This document shows positions 1 through 11,940 of a stretch of DNA of 64,000 bases, in pieces. The translations under genes were made by a program, and so were the position numbers. The notes under the pieces are model-generated. The model worked only from the letters and a program-made list of their open reading frames with translations. It did not search any database and was not told where the DNA came from. This stretch comes from Podarcis muralis (taxonomy: Eukaryota). The stretch's first letter is position 1, and each line of letters begins with the position of its first letter. Where the stretch lies: NCBI RefSeq assembly GCF_964188315.1, contig NC_135656.1:81530001-81594000 (forward strand), in the 5' to 3' direction.

Positions 1-511
1 AGCTGAAAGTCACACACACTGGGACAAACAATACCAATGTCTGGCATTACTAAGACATTTCAATAATATTTGGCATGTTAAAGTGCTTCACATACAGCAA
101 CCATTCTTTCATTATCGACATGGGTGTGGATTTCCGTTCTCGTGCTTTAAAACTGTACCTATGATAAAGTAGCAGATACAATAAAGGAAGTATTTGCATT
201 GATAAAATACAGTAGACGGCAAGAGCTATGTTTGGACAAAGTGACTGTAGCTTATCCCATATATTGCCCAGAGGTTATATATCCTTAAAAAGTACAATTT
301 CTTTATAAGCCAAGGGAAAAGCAGATGAAGGTGTTTTTGTTAAAAACATTGGGGGGGGGGCAAATTTATTAAGCTTTCTTTCTTTCTTTTGCCAAAGTTG
401 TTGAGCTTTCTTTAGTTTTGCTCAGAGTTTGTTTTTTTGCAAAATTGCAAAGAAATTGGGTGTTTTTGAGCTATTTTTGAAGGAAATGGGCAAAAATGAC
501 ACTGTCAACAT

Positions 512-623
512 CGGTTGCCATATGCTTTGATTTTCACGGACATTTAGCCGATTTCTGCCTGGACACTGCTTTTGGCTGCAGTATTCCAAGCATGTCTGCA
601 AATTTCCAGACGTATGGCAACCC
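512..623. mobile_element. Small hAT-type MITE
   Basis: Inverted termini GGTTGCCATA (513-522) and TATGGCAACC (613-622). No clear TSD. Confidence 0.5.
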
Positions 624-624
624 G

Positions 625-744
625 GCAGAGTCTAGATGTTTCTGAACTACAACTGCCATCATTCCTGACTGCTGGCTATGCTGACTGGGGCTGATGGGAA
701 CTGCAGTCCAACAGTATCTAAAGAGCCACAGGTTCCCTATCCTG
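625..744. mobile_element. Degenerate palindromic hAT MITE, left end lost
   Basis: Contains ACTACAACT.CCATCAT...GATGGGAACTG.AGTCC, the core shared with the MITEs at 10605, 14912 and 57707. Ends in ...TCCCTATCCTG. Confidence 0.5.
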
Positions 745-775
745 ATCCAGCAGTTGCAAAAATGAATGTGTAGAT

Positions 776-1768
776 CAGTGTTTCCCAACCGGTGTTCCGC
801 GGCACACTAGTGTGCCACGAGACGTTGCCTGGTGTGCCGCGGGAAAAATTAAAAAATTCGAAAGATATCCGGAGAGGCGGCCTTCAGGCGAGTTTTAATT
901 TTAATTTTCCTTCTCCCACTTAATGCCCCACGCTCGCCCGAGCAGCTTGCAGTCCTCAGTAACCACAGCGACCCGAGGGAGGGGAGGGAACAGGGAAGTC
1001 GAGGGCGGCGGCGAGCCGCGATGACGTCAGTGGGCCGCGCCGCCTCGCCCTGGCACGGTGTGAGAGCCCCGGCTAGTGGCGCGAGCTTCAGAATAAGTGG
1101 GATCTGCGTGCGCGAGACCGAGATCGCGGGTAAGGAGCTCAGCCCTGGGCAGGAGGAAGCGGGGCCGCGCGTGCGGGCCACATCCCCACAGAGAGCGAGT
1201 CTCCCCCGGCCCACCACTCCGGGCAGGTCCACTCGCATGAGGGGGCGGCGATGGCGACGGCCGGCAGCTTGCCTGCAATGCCATCCCTCGAGCAGGCGAG
1301 GAGCCCGGAGGCTACCAGATGCGAGTCCTCTTTCCCACCCTGCTCGGGAGTCCAGAGCACTTGGTCGCATTCAGGATCTAGAGTGGGGAAGCGGGGCTTG
1401 TGTCTGGGCTGGACACATTGGGCTGCCTGTGCCGCTCGACCTGCGGGGAGAAATCAGGGTGGGAGTCACGACCGTGAGGCAGGGCTGCCAAGTGTGGCAG
1501 AAGAGGACACGGCCGTCGCACCTGTCCTTAGGTAGGAGCTTCTTCCGTGTCGACCTGCTGCCCTAAAGTCTTGGCTTTTTTCTTGGCTTTTTGGCGGTTG
1601 GCACAGAAGGAAGGCAAGGGGGAGGGGAAAAATTGAAACTTACACTTTCGTGCGTCCCTCCCGGCGTGACACTGCGCGCTGACGTCACGGGGCTGTAATG
1701 GTGGTGTGCCTCGAGAATTTTTTCATGAAACAAGTGTGCCTTTGCCCAAAAAAGGTTGGGAAACACTG
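776..1768. mobile_element. Non-autonomous hAT (Charlie/Buster-like) DNA transposon, 993 bp, GC- and CpG-rich interior
   Basis: Perfect 15-bp TIR CAGTGTTTCCCAACC / GGTTGGGAAACACTG. Perfect 8-bp TSD GTGTAGAT (768-775 and 1769-1776). Subterminal GTGTGCC/GGCACAC motifs. No recognisable transposase. Confidence 0.92.
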
Positions 1769-1771
1769 GTG

Positions 1772-1813
1772 TAGATGACCCTTGGGGTCCCAACTCTACA
1801 ATTCTATGATTCT
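1772..1813 (+). mobile_element. CR1 LINE / CR1-tailed SINE 3' terminus
   Basis: TAGATGACCCTTGGGGTCCCAACTCTACAATTCTATGATTCT is the typical CR1-type 3' end with the ATTCTRTG repeat. Confidence 0.6.
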
Positions 1814-4800
1814 CTGTTATAGAACAATTACATGCTATTGCATTAGCAAGAAGATACAGAAAATAGAACTGTGGAAAGAGAGCCTGTAGCAAGGTTTCAT
1901 TATGTTATGCTCTCCAACCGATAGACAAAAAATAATTCTGAAACAAGCTAGAACAAAATAGAAATGAACCCATGTGCTAAAGCAAAGAACCAAAAGATAA
2001 CTGAATGGTTCTGCTTTTTAAATCTCTTACATCAGCGTGGTCTCATCTGCCTGAAAGTCATACAATCAAATCTTTCCATATTGCTAGAAATGATTTTTAG
2101 AAAGCCATTTTGGCAATTTCCCTATCAAAAGTCTGGATTGCCTAATTTGAAGAGTAGCAGAAGGGCAATGAGCTTATTTCAGTCACATTAAAACTGAATT
2201 GGCATTGAATTAATCGTAACAATTCTGACACCTGTCACCATACAGTTTTACAAAACAGGCATGACTTATTCCAAGGCAAATTGAGAGGAGGACATAATAT
2301 AGTTCCTTCTTTCAAATACTGGCGTGTAATAGTCCTTTCACAAACACCAGTTGGAATACTAGATGTGTGGCAGAATGAAAACTGTAGTTCCAGGCACCAG
2401 ACACTTATCTTAGGTACTAAGACTACATTTCAGCTTTTGTGACATTTGTGACTTAAGACATATGGATTTAAACACAATCCATCTGACTTTTCTGTTGTGG
2501 TCACATATCTTTCCTAAGTAGGTACAAGTCTTAGAAGTTAAAAGTATATAACACAATAAAGTGTAGTCAAGTAATGAATACACTATGCTCATGCTAAAAG
2601 TATTTGCCTCAGTCCCAAATACTAAACGTGGTAATTACACGGAAGGATATGAGAACAAAAAAAGAAAGAAGTGGGCTAAAATATATAATTAACACTTTGA
2701 AAACAGAGCTGCTTGGAGACAGTATAGACCAAGGACCTAAATGTATACAGGCAATATAAGATGTGAAGCCTGCATTTCTTTTTTATGACAGGAAATTATT
2801 AAACAGACAATTTTCTGTAATAATTATTTAATACATATTTAAACTATTAGAGCAGATAAGTTGCCTAATAGGAAAAAAAGTAGAACTACTAATTCCCCCA
2901 ATACTTGATATGCTAGTAATACAACGTGTGCTTTTAATTCTTCCTTGTGCTTATTTCGATTGGGCCGCAATCCTAAACAACCTTCGTTTTGATGTAAATC
3001 ACATTCAATTCTATGTGAATTACTTCTAGGTCAGTATGGTTACAGTTAGAATGTTAGCTTAAGTGCACAATGCAGGTGTATGATTTCTTCTTTTCAGGAA
3101 ACAACAGAAATAAAGAAGTTTCAATTCTGTGTTGTTTCTATCCAGGTTTTATTTCATTTTATTTAATAGCAGAAAGCAGCAGAACTTGTTTTCAATACTG
3201 AAACAAGTTTTCATCAAGTTGTTATTGCGAAAGCATCAGTCTTCTACATTAACACAGCACTGCAGATGAGAAGCCAATATAGGGAAATATCAAGCGTTAG
3301 CCATGCATTATGCACATGCTTAAACATTTCCCATTAATAGCATCAATGTACAATGTGATCCTGGGTTATTTTCCGGCTATCAAGCCAGTTCAGATGCAAC
3401 AGGAAGCTTTGGCTTAACACAAGCCAGGATCTTTGCAGCAATGTGCAATATGAGGGAGAAAATATGTTAAGGAGCAGCTTGCTGCAGAAATACACTCAAG
3501 AAAGTCTTAAGCGCATGCGTGCACAATTGGCCCCTTTGGGGCCTATTTACTTATTAATATCATCATTGTCACCATCATACTTAATTACAGATCACCTTTC
3601 AGGTTACAAATCCTCCCTGGGATCTAATTCTACACATCTGACACTAATGTAATACAATTTGTGAGAATGAGGAATGCCCCTAATCCCCAGAGCAACAATA
3701 ATGACAGTGGTGGCGGTTGGGGGTGTTCGGGTTATGGGTAATTTGCATGCTGGGACCTCCTATGTCTGTAATTAAAAGAAAAACTAAAGATACAGCTGCA
3801 TGGAAAATTTATCTCAATACTAAATTATATGTGCCATAGTTTGAACAGAAACAGAAAATAAAATTGAGAAACAGGTTCAATTTAAGGTGTCCAACATTAA
3901 ATAACATTCCACTTGTATAACATACATGAGGGAAAGATGGGTAGAACTGACATTGATGTCTCTGCCAACTCCATGTATACATATAAAGGAATTTCCTCAG
4001 GGAATCATTAAATGCTGGTTTTCTTCAAAGCTTACAGAAACAGGACTGACCCTAACATTAGGCAGAGTGAGATCACTGCCTCAAGCTGCAGACATTGGCG
4101 GGAGGTGGAGGGCAATGCCAAAGAGCTGGTAGACTGTGCTGTGTAAGCCAGGGAGCATATACTCCACCCTCTCTAGCCTGCTGCTTTCAGCAACAGTAGT
4201 GGATATTGTCAGCTTCAAATTCTTCCTCACCTCAGGCAGCAAACTTATTATTAGTCGTACAGTATTAGTATTATTTTCTTTGCCCTTCACTCTAAGGTCC
4301 CCCAATTAAATATTTAAAACTATTAAAATATCAAATAGTTTAAATTTAATATTTTTAAAAAAGTAAAACAGTTTTAAACAACTTACAATCACAAAAGTAA
4401 GGGGCTCCTCAAGGGGACACCTCAAGTGTCAGAAGCTATGGTAAACAGGCTTAAGGTTCACCTAGTGTACTGTTCCTGTTCTGGTGGGCATAGCCTGTGA
4501 GTAAGCCACAAGCCTTAGTAGCCCAAGAAGGCTAGGCCTCACACACAGGACTTCCAAGCTATGGCCAAGGAAGGGAACCATGTAAAGGGTCAGGCACAAG
4601 AAACCACTCTCAGCCCAAAACATAATCAGGGGCACCATCCGAAGGTGATCAGTACCTGATGAAATCTCCAGGGATGAGTACCTGATAAGATCTGATCTAG
4701 GCAAAGTAAGTCAAGGAGATCTATGTCAGGAAGTGAGAGACATACAATGTCCCCAGCAACACATCAAGGAGGCCCACAGAAGGGGCTGACATAGCCTGTC

Positions 4801-6352
4801 CTCCCAGGTCATACTCAAATTCAGCTACCAATGTCTTTTGTTTATTTGACTACAATGTTGTGATGACATACTTACCAACTGCACTGGAAAAACCAGGACA
4901 TCCCGACAAATGAAACAGAAAAGATTGCTAGCTATGTTAATTTTTATGTACTTCCGCTATCGTAAGATTTCAAAGTTACGTTTTTGGTTCCTAGTCCTTC
5001 TATGAAGTAGTGAGCTAATGAGTTAGCAAAGATTGCCAAATGCTAGCTTTGTCTGTGGCTGATATATTGTGGACACCTGTGATCTTGGAGTGACTGGAAC
5101 ATGTCTAGGGTAAAATGCTCTCCAGCAGTTTTTGGCCAATTCCATTTACATTTTTTGGCTGACCATCCGAACAGTTAAAAAAGACATTTGAGAAACACAC
5201 GAGTAACTCTGAACAATCCTTCAAGAAAATGTATTTATAGTTTTTAAGCTAATTATTACAAAGAGAATTACGTCATTGTATAGATTTCATTTAGCAGCAT
5301 TTATCTTTAAATTCTCAAAAGGAATTCTAGCTAGACATTTTATTTTGTCAACTGCTAATGAACCACTGATTTGGTTTGAGTACAGTCCTAATGTGAGCGT
5401 ACACAATCTTAAAATACAAATTAGGACGATTAAATACTTAAAAAGCGATGTATAGGTTTGCCAAACAATTAGAATTTTAAACATTCATGAACTGCTTGCT
5501 TTGCAGCTAGCTTGGTTTCTTTGCATTTGCTACAAACCTACTTTGACAAACTTTGCTAAATCTTAAAATATGTTCAGATAGAACAACTTTAAGAGTTCCC
5601 TTTAGTTCTGCACCAGAATGTTGTTTCATATCCACCAACATGCAAATGGGCTCCTGAACATATCATGTTGGCCACAAAAACCGCAACACATTAAACCACA
5701 CCAATTCAATGGAGGCTAGGCTCAAGACATGTTTTGACTTTCTCCAAAAACTCAGAATGGCTCTTTTATTGACGCATAGCTACAATATATGTGATTTATG
5801 TCCCCTTTCAATCTGCTCTCTTCAGGCATATTCTCTAAGCTGGGTCTCTGCTTTCTTCATTATATCCTTCCATTGGTTAAATGAACAGACCAAAAGCTGA
5901 CAGGCACAAGATTTAAGGAGTCTTAAATATGCCATTTTAAATACTGTCCTCCAAACACATTGGAGTCTATTAGACCTCCCCAGTGAATGCTTCCGAGGAG
6001 ATTTTAGCATTTTGCAGTTATTACAGTGTTTTCTGTATATGATGCAGGAGCTAAAAACAGAATTTCATTTAATCTGAATAAATTTAAATAGTGAGTTTTG
6101 GCACAAGCACTTTTTTAGCCCCTTATGCTAATAAGGCTTCAATTTGCATAGTTCAGTCCTAAGCATGTTTTCATGTGTGTAATTAGAATTCCAGGCTAGG
6201 CACACTTTTCCTTAAAGCAAATTCCACTGAATCAAGTGGAATCTCCTTCCAAGTAATCATGCTTAGGATCTGGCTGCTAAGGCTTTTGCTTCCTTTGCAG
6301 CTTCCCTCAACTGCTAAACAATTTCAGCAGTAGCATTAACAACACCTGCAGT

Positions 6353-6540
6353 CATAGCTGTCAATCTTCCCTTTTTTGGCGGGAAATTCCCTTATTCCAG
6401 CGCCGTTTCCCCCTGCTTCCCGCTGCTATCCCGGATTGTTAGATATCCCGTAGACTATCCCCGGGACAGGTGAGGCTGCTGATCCCTTATTTTCAAGGCT
6501 GCTGATCCCTTATTTTCAAATCTGAAAGTTGACAGCTATG
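6353..6540. mobile_element. hAT-type MITE (Tip100/Blackjack-like), with an internal 23-bp tandem duplication
   Basis: Termini CATAGCTGTCAA / TTGACAGCTATG. TSD CCTGCAGT / CCTGCAGC (7 of 8). GGCTGCTGATCCCTTATTTTCAA occurs twice (6474-6519). A second family member lies at 57292. Confidence 0.85.
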
Positions 6541-6689
6541 CCTGCAGCATGGAATGACTTCGCTGCTATATCCACTCACTTTTCACGGCCTGCTGTCCTA
6601 CAACTTGCAACAACGTCCAACGGGCATTAGACAGAAGTGACTTGGGTTACAATCCCTGCACGTGCACAGTTGTGAAGCTAGGGCCAGTC

Positions 6690-6800
6690 CATATTTCTCA
6701 GCCTAGCCTACCTGAAAGGTTTGTTGCTAGGATGAAATAGGGATAAGGTAGCCCATGTATGCTGTCCTGAGTTCCTTTGAGGAAGGACAAATTAAAAATA
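6690..6800 (+). mobile_element. Old SINE 3' remnant (Squam3/MIR-like)
   Basis: CTCAGCCTAGCCTACCT...GTTTGTTG...GGATGAAATAGG resembles the body and 3' part of the SINE at 7381-7673. Confidence 0.4.
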
Positions 6801-7380
6801 TGAGGCAGGATGCAACATCATGCTATTAAGATAGTTTCTTCAACGCAAACATTTCTGCTTCCCAGGTGGAACAATCTCCCTACTCTTCCCCTCACCTGTT
6901 GTTCTGGGGTTTTCCCCAATGCCATAGAGTGGATGTGGGAGAAGTATTGGGGGTGCACAGCAGGAGGACAAGGGAATGGGGAGAAAGCCCCATTCTGCTA
7001 GTGGGAGTCTTTACACCAGCTACTGTTAGCACATCGGTTTAATTGAATCCAGCCCATCATAGATACATAATGTGATGTATCCTACGAGGTCATGCCATTA
7101 GTGTAATGACTTTTGCCTGTACAACAGGACTTCCTCTCTCTGATGTTTACCCTTATGTTCCCCAAGCCTCTGGAGCAGATTTGGGGGGACCGGGGCAGGG
7201 GAGAGAGGAAGTTCCATCACACAGACATAAGCCCTTCCACTAATATGTAACCCAAGCAATAGACCTTTTTATCCATTTGCAGAAAAAAAACTTTAAACAA
7301 CAAATGCTAATGTAAGGCCTGCAGCTGAGGACCATATGCACCCTGAGATTTCTTTATTTTAAGTAATTGCCACAGCATGT

Positions 7381-7673
7381 GAAGAAGAAGAAGAAGAAGA
7401 GGAGGAGGAGGAGGAGGAGGAGGAGGAGGAGGAGGAGGAGTTTGGATTTGATATCCCGCTTTATCACTACCCGAAGGAGTCTCAAAGCAGCTAACATTCT
7501 CCTTTCCCTTCCTCCCCCACAACAAACACTCTGTGAGGTGAATGGGGCTGAGAGACTTCAAGAAGTGTGACTAGCCCAAGGTTACCCAGCAGCTGCATGT
7601 GGAGGAGCGGGGAAGCGAACCCGGTTCACCAGATTACGAGTCTACCGCTCTAAACCACTACACCACACCGGCT
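7381..7673 (-). mobile_element. tRNA-derived SINE, Squam3-like, full length with (CCT)n(CTT)n tail
   Basis: Minus strand starts AGCCGGTGTGGTGTAGTGGTT (A box), then GGGTTCGCTTCCC (B box), the body, and a trinucleotide tail at 7381-7440. Confidence 0.85.
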
Positions 7674-8542
7674 ATTGTGGAGCTATTGGGAAGCATAAAC
7701 CAAATAAGGGATGAGAAATAACTATGCTATGAGCACACAGAAAGAGCACTACATGCTCTTTTCTATGGAGCAATTTCCACTACTGAACAGAAAACTCAGA
7801 TTTTAAATTTACTCATTTAAATAAGTTTATTTAAATAAACTCAGAAGAGTTTAACCTTCAACATTCTTTGAAAATGTCACATGGAAACATTACCTTCTTC
7901 ACCTGAAGAAGGAAGCTTGAGGAGTCAACCAGATTGTTTAGAATGCTTTATCGTTATCTATGTCTGAAGCAAACCTGGATATATTTGAGTTTTGGCAATT
8001 CAATCTCAGTATGCGTCTGTGATACATTACACATTCTGATGCAATCAGTGCCCTTGGCATTAATCCAATCCCAACAGAGCTCTATGAGACAATTTGTTAT
8101 ATTGGGTTAATCCACAAAGTTTAATAGCATTGACTATCTGAATCTTAGGAGTATTTAAAATATATATATATATATATCATACTATATGCGATAAACATAT
8201 GAAGCAAAGCATAATACAGAAAGCATACCATAGAAAGCAGTGTTGTCTTCTAAGGCTGATAAGACAACATACAGTCAGAGCTTCTTACCTTTATAGTTTG
8301 AACAGGATTTCTCTGCACCCTACACTCCCACATGTTTTCTGTCAGTAAGGGTCATAACACCCAGTATATGAACAGAGGGCAGGTCATTCTGGAGGATAAT
8401 GTTTGGGTGAGGATAGAACAAAGTGATCTGTTTTTCACCAATTCACTCTCTGTTTCTCCATATAAACTGCCATATTTCAGCATAGCTATTTCTTCTGGTC
8501 CATAATTTCCCTGTGCTTATTACATCATTATTTAAGGCTAGT

Positions 8543-8644
8543 GTAGATTTGGAAAAGGTTCAGAAAAAGGCAACCAAAATGATCAAGGGTGTGGAGTGAC
8601 TGCCCTATGAGGAAAAGCTACATTTGTGGCTTTTTTTGTTTAGA
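8543..8644 (+). mobile_element. CR1 LINE ORF2 fragment
   Basis: Translates DLEKVQKKATKMIKGVE*LPYEEKL, matching the CR1 C-terminal motif LE.VQ.RAT.MI.GLE.L.YEERL. Confidence 0.7.
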
Positions 8645-8977
8645 CTTTCTTCTATGGTCAGCTACCTCGATCACAATAGGGTTGTTGTTTCTAAATGCAC
8701 AAAAATAAGGGCATTGGAGGGGGAAATCCAGAATATTTGTCTTCCTAAATGCCTTCAGGGTTAGAAGGACTACTTTTCCTAGTTATAACTTTTCTTCACT
8801 GTGATTTGAAGCATAATCCTATACATGTCTTCTCAGGAGTTAACGCCATTTAGTTCATTGAACATTACTCCAAGGAAAGAGAGTATAGGTTTGCAGTCTG
8901 AAAGCCTCTATTTTCTTCCAAATAAAGATGCACCATTCCATTTCAATAGTAATTCCCACAATTTAACATCAGAGATA

Positions 8978-9210
8978 CAGTCAAACCTCGTTTCCTGAAT
9001 GCCTCTGTTTTGGAATGTTTCGGCTCCTGAACGCCAAAAACCCGGAAGTAACTGCTCCGGCTTTCAAACAATTTTAGGAAGCCAAACGGTTTCCGAGATG
9101 TATTTTTCATTCCCCCCCCCCCCATTGACTTTTGATCCTCGGTTTTTGAACTTTTCGGAAGCCGAATAATCTTCCAGAACGGATTAAGTTCGAAAACCAA
9201 GGTTCCACTG
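8978..9210. mobile_element. Tigger/pogo-like MITE
   Basis: TA-flanked on both sides. Imperfect TIRs CAGTCAAACCTCG and CCAAGGTTCCACTG. Confidence 0.72.
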
Positions 9211-10604
9211 TATTGAAATTCAATATTATCCAAACCCATTGAAATATCTCTGTAAAGTAGTATCCAACCAGACTAGAGCATGGGTTTAGGCCACATTTTT
9301 TAAATTAAGCAGGCTTTGATCCAGTCATAGGCTAGATAGGGAGGTCTGCTTGGCAACCCCTTGTACACTGGCTTGAGTTCCATGATATAAATATCCCAAG
9401 GTGGGATATAAATGTACTAATGAATTTAAAAGGCACACAATATAACTCTTTACAATACACACAACCCAGCTGTTATAAGCTTTACAAAGAACTGACTGGG
9501 AAACATCCCAATCTAGCTGATTTGTAAGGCATTTATATATTTAGAAATGGCTTGATTTGAGCCTCTTCCCCTTATTACAAAAAATGGTGGTCTGTCTTTT
9601 TTCTTGCCTAGCATATAACTAGAAAGTATAATGAAATGAACATATAGATCACAGGAAAATACATGATTCTTTTTTGCTACAGACTCTCGGTCACATTTCT
9701 TGAGGTGCATCAGCAACAAACATGATTCATAAAAATAATCCAATACATTCAAATAGAACAAAATCATATTAAAATTGAAACCAATGAAAGTGTTCTGAGA
9801 CCTATTTACATGTTAACAGTTGTCACTATTTGTGTCTCTTAATACGTTCCAAATAAATGTTGTATGAAGTGAAGATCCTACGTTATTTCTGTGAAAAGCA
9901 ATTGTAATTTGTTTCAGCAAAGGCCAAGCCAACCCAATGGCAGGGGCATTGATCAATTTGTTTCATTCAGCACAGCAGTGTTTGCAAGAGTAGCATTCCA
10001 GGCCATGGACCTAATTAGGCCCACCAGGCCATTTTGACCATGCCATGCCCTCTTGCCAGTCACCTGGCACCATATAAGATGTCAGGTGTGAACAGGTAAA
10101 AGGTAGCTTGGGTGGGCTAAATGGGCTGCTGAAGCACCTTCGATCAGTTGATCAACAAGGTTTCAGAAGTACTGCATACATGGCTTCTGAAATGCCAATG
10201 ATCAACTGAGCTGCGCTGATGAAGCACCAAAAATCAGCTGATTGCTTGCACTTCAAACTGCAAGCCCTTTGCAAATAACTCTAGGCAGTGCTTTGAAGTC
10301 TTGATGACCAGCTGATAGATGGGGCTTCCAAGCATGGTGTAGGGCTCTTTGCAAGGGCACAATCACCTGACAATTGGGGCTTCAAAGTGCCACATCACCT
10401 GACATCATCAGTCAAATGTTGTCTATTGGGAGTACGAGACATGGCCTGTCAGCTGGATGTGGTTCCCCACCCCTGCCCTATAGGGTCAAATGAGAGGAAC
10501 TAAAGGAGCACACACTAAGACATATTGGGGACAGATCAAATCCCCTTTATCCCTTTATCTGTTGATAGCCCCATCCTTGTGCTGTATTATTGGTCATGCT
10601 ATAG

Positions 10605-10725
10605 CAGGCATAGGCAAACTTTGGGACTACAACTCCCATGATCCCTAGCTAACAGGACCAGTGGTCAGGGATGATGGGAATTGTAGTCCCAAAACATCTG
10701 GAGGGCCGAGGTTTGCTTATGCCTG
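10605..10725. mobile_element. Palindromic hAT MITE with a deletion in its left arm
   Basis: TIR CAGGCATAGGCAAAC / GTTTGCTTATGCCTG. Perfect TSD TGCTATAG. Lacks the CGGCCCTCCAGATGTT segment present in the 14912 copy. Confidence 0.9.
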
Positions 10726-11744
10726 TGCTATAGCATAGCAAAATGTTGGAAAATGACTTTTAAAATCCATCTGTATTTGCCCCCAAGCAAGAGGTGCAGA
10801 AAGAGAAAAGAGGGAAGTTATCTGACATAAGTTGAACATATCTCTATTACCTAGAAAATAAAGAGAATAGTGTTCGAGTCCATGCCACTCAGCTGTGGCT
10901 ACAGAGAATCCAGAAATCGATTTGTAAAAGTAAGAGAAGGGTGTTGATGGACCTACTGGGCGTACAATGTTTGGGTACAATGTCTCCTATCCAGCTGACT
11001 GACCTGAGGCACATGGGCATCATGACTGGAACCCAGGTACTTGGCACCATTGTCTGTGATGAAGTCAGCATCACAAATGGATGATATGTTCATGCTCTGG
11101 GGCTGTTTCCTATGTCTATAGACCTGTGGGAAGAAGCTGTAATGATTAGGCGCATGAGGTCAGAACTATAGGAAGATCAGGGAAGGGAAGAAGCAACAGT
11201 TTTGCACCCTGTTGCTTAAGGGGTAGAAAGCTACACCATACAATCCATGATTCAAGGAAAAGAATCATAACATTGATATGTTTGGAGGGATCCAATACAA
11301 TGCTTACATGGCATGCTCATCTATGAATGACTGAATTCTGAAGGACAAGCTGGTTACTTGCAAAGGGTTGGGTGAGACTGGTATGACTGGCATGGCTAGG
11401 GATGTTTTCCTACTTTGCAAGTAACAGTAACAAAAATCAAGGCTGATACTGTCACACAGTGGGGAACATCCAATAAAGGCTCATTCTAAAGCATCTCTTT
11501 TTCTCATCTACTTTCCCCAGGGTTTCTACAGGAGGAAAAGGTTTGACAATGCATTCCTACTACACACAACACAGCTTTGGCATCTAGGTTATCTGATTAT
11601 GCTTCTCTTTCCTTAATGCATGGACCTAACCATTAGAAACTTAATAGTGACAGAAAAGGATTGCCCCAGCTAAAATAGTTTACCGTAGTCTGTTGGTTGT
11701 TGTATATGCATATTTAAACATGCATTCATTCATTCATTCATTCC

Positions 11745-11940
11745 ATTTTTTTATTATTCCACCTTTATTTCAAGGCGTTCAGGAAGGCACACCTATCTAT
11801 TTTATCGCCCCACCAACCATGAAAGATAGGTAAGGTTGAGAGATGGTGGCTGGCGCAAGGTAACCCAGTGAGCTCCTTGCCTGAGTGGTGATTTGAATTT
11901 GATCCAAATAATATGTTCCAACCACGACCCCACACTCCAT
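11745..11940 (-). mobile_element. Diverged SINE (Squam3/MIR-like)
   Basis: GGTTGAGAGA...GGCTGGCGCAAGGT.ACCCAGTGAGCT...TTTGAA resembles the younger SINE at 7381-7673. Confidence 0.5.

Noticed and set aside
849-1566. 173-aa and 181-aa ORFs as a hAT transposase
   Set aside because: No BED finger, DDE or dimerisation motif. Long frames are explained by high GC content.
4300-4710. Possible degenerate L2 3' fragment
   Set aside because: Only vague resemblance and no translatable motif, so left unannotated.
4867-4876. CATACTTACC as a second U1 fragment
   Set aside because: Only 9 nt match U1. It looks like the terminus of a small degenerate hAT MITE (about 4867-4937).
7307-7570. Poly-Pro/Leu and poly-Lys/Arg ORFs
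   Set aside because: These are translations of the SINE-tail trinucleotide repeat.
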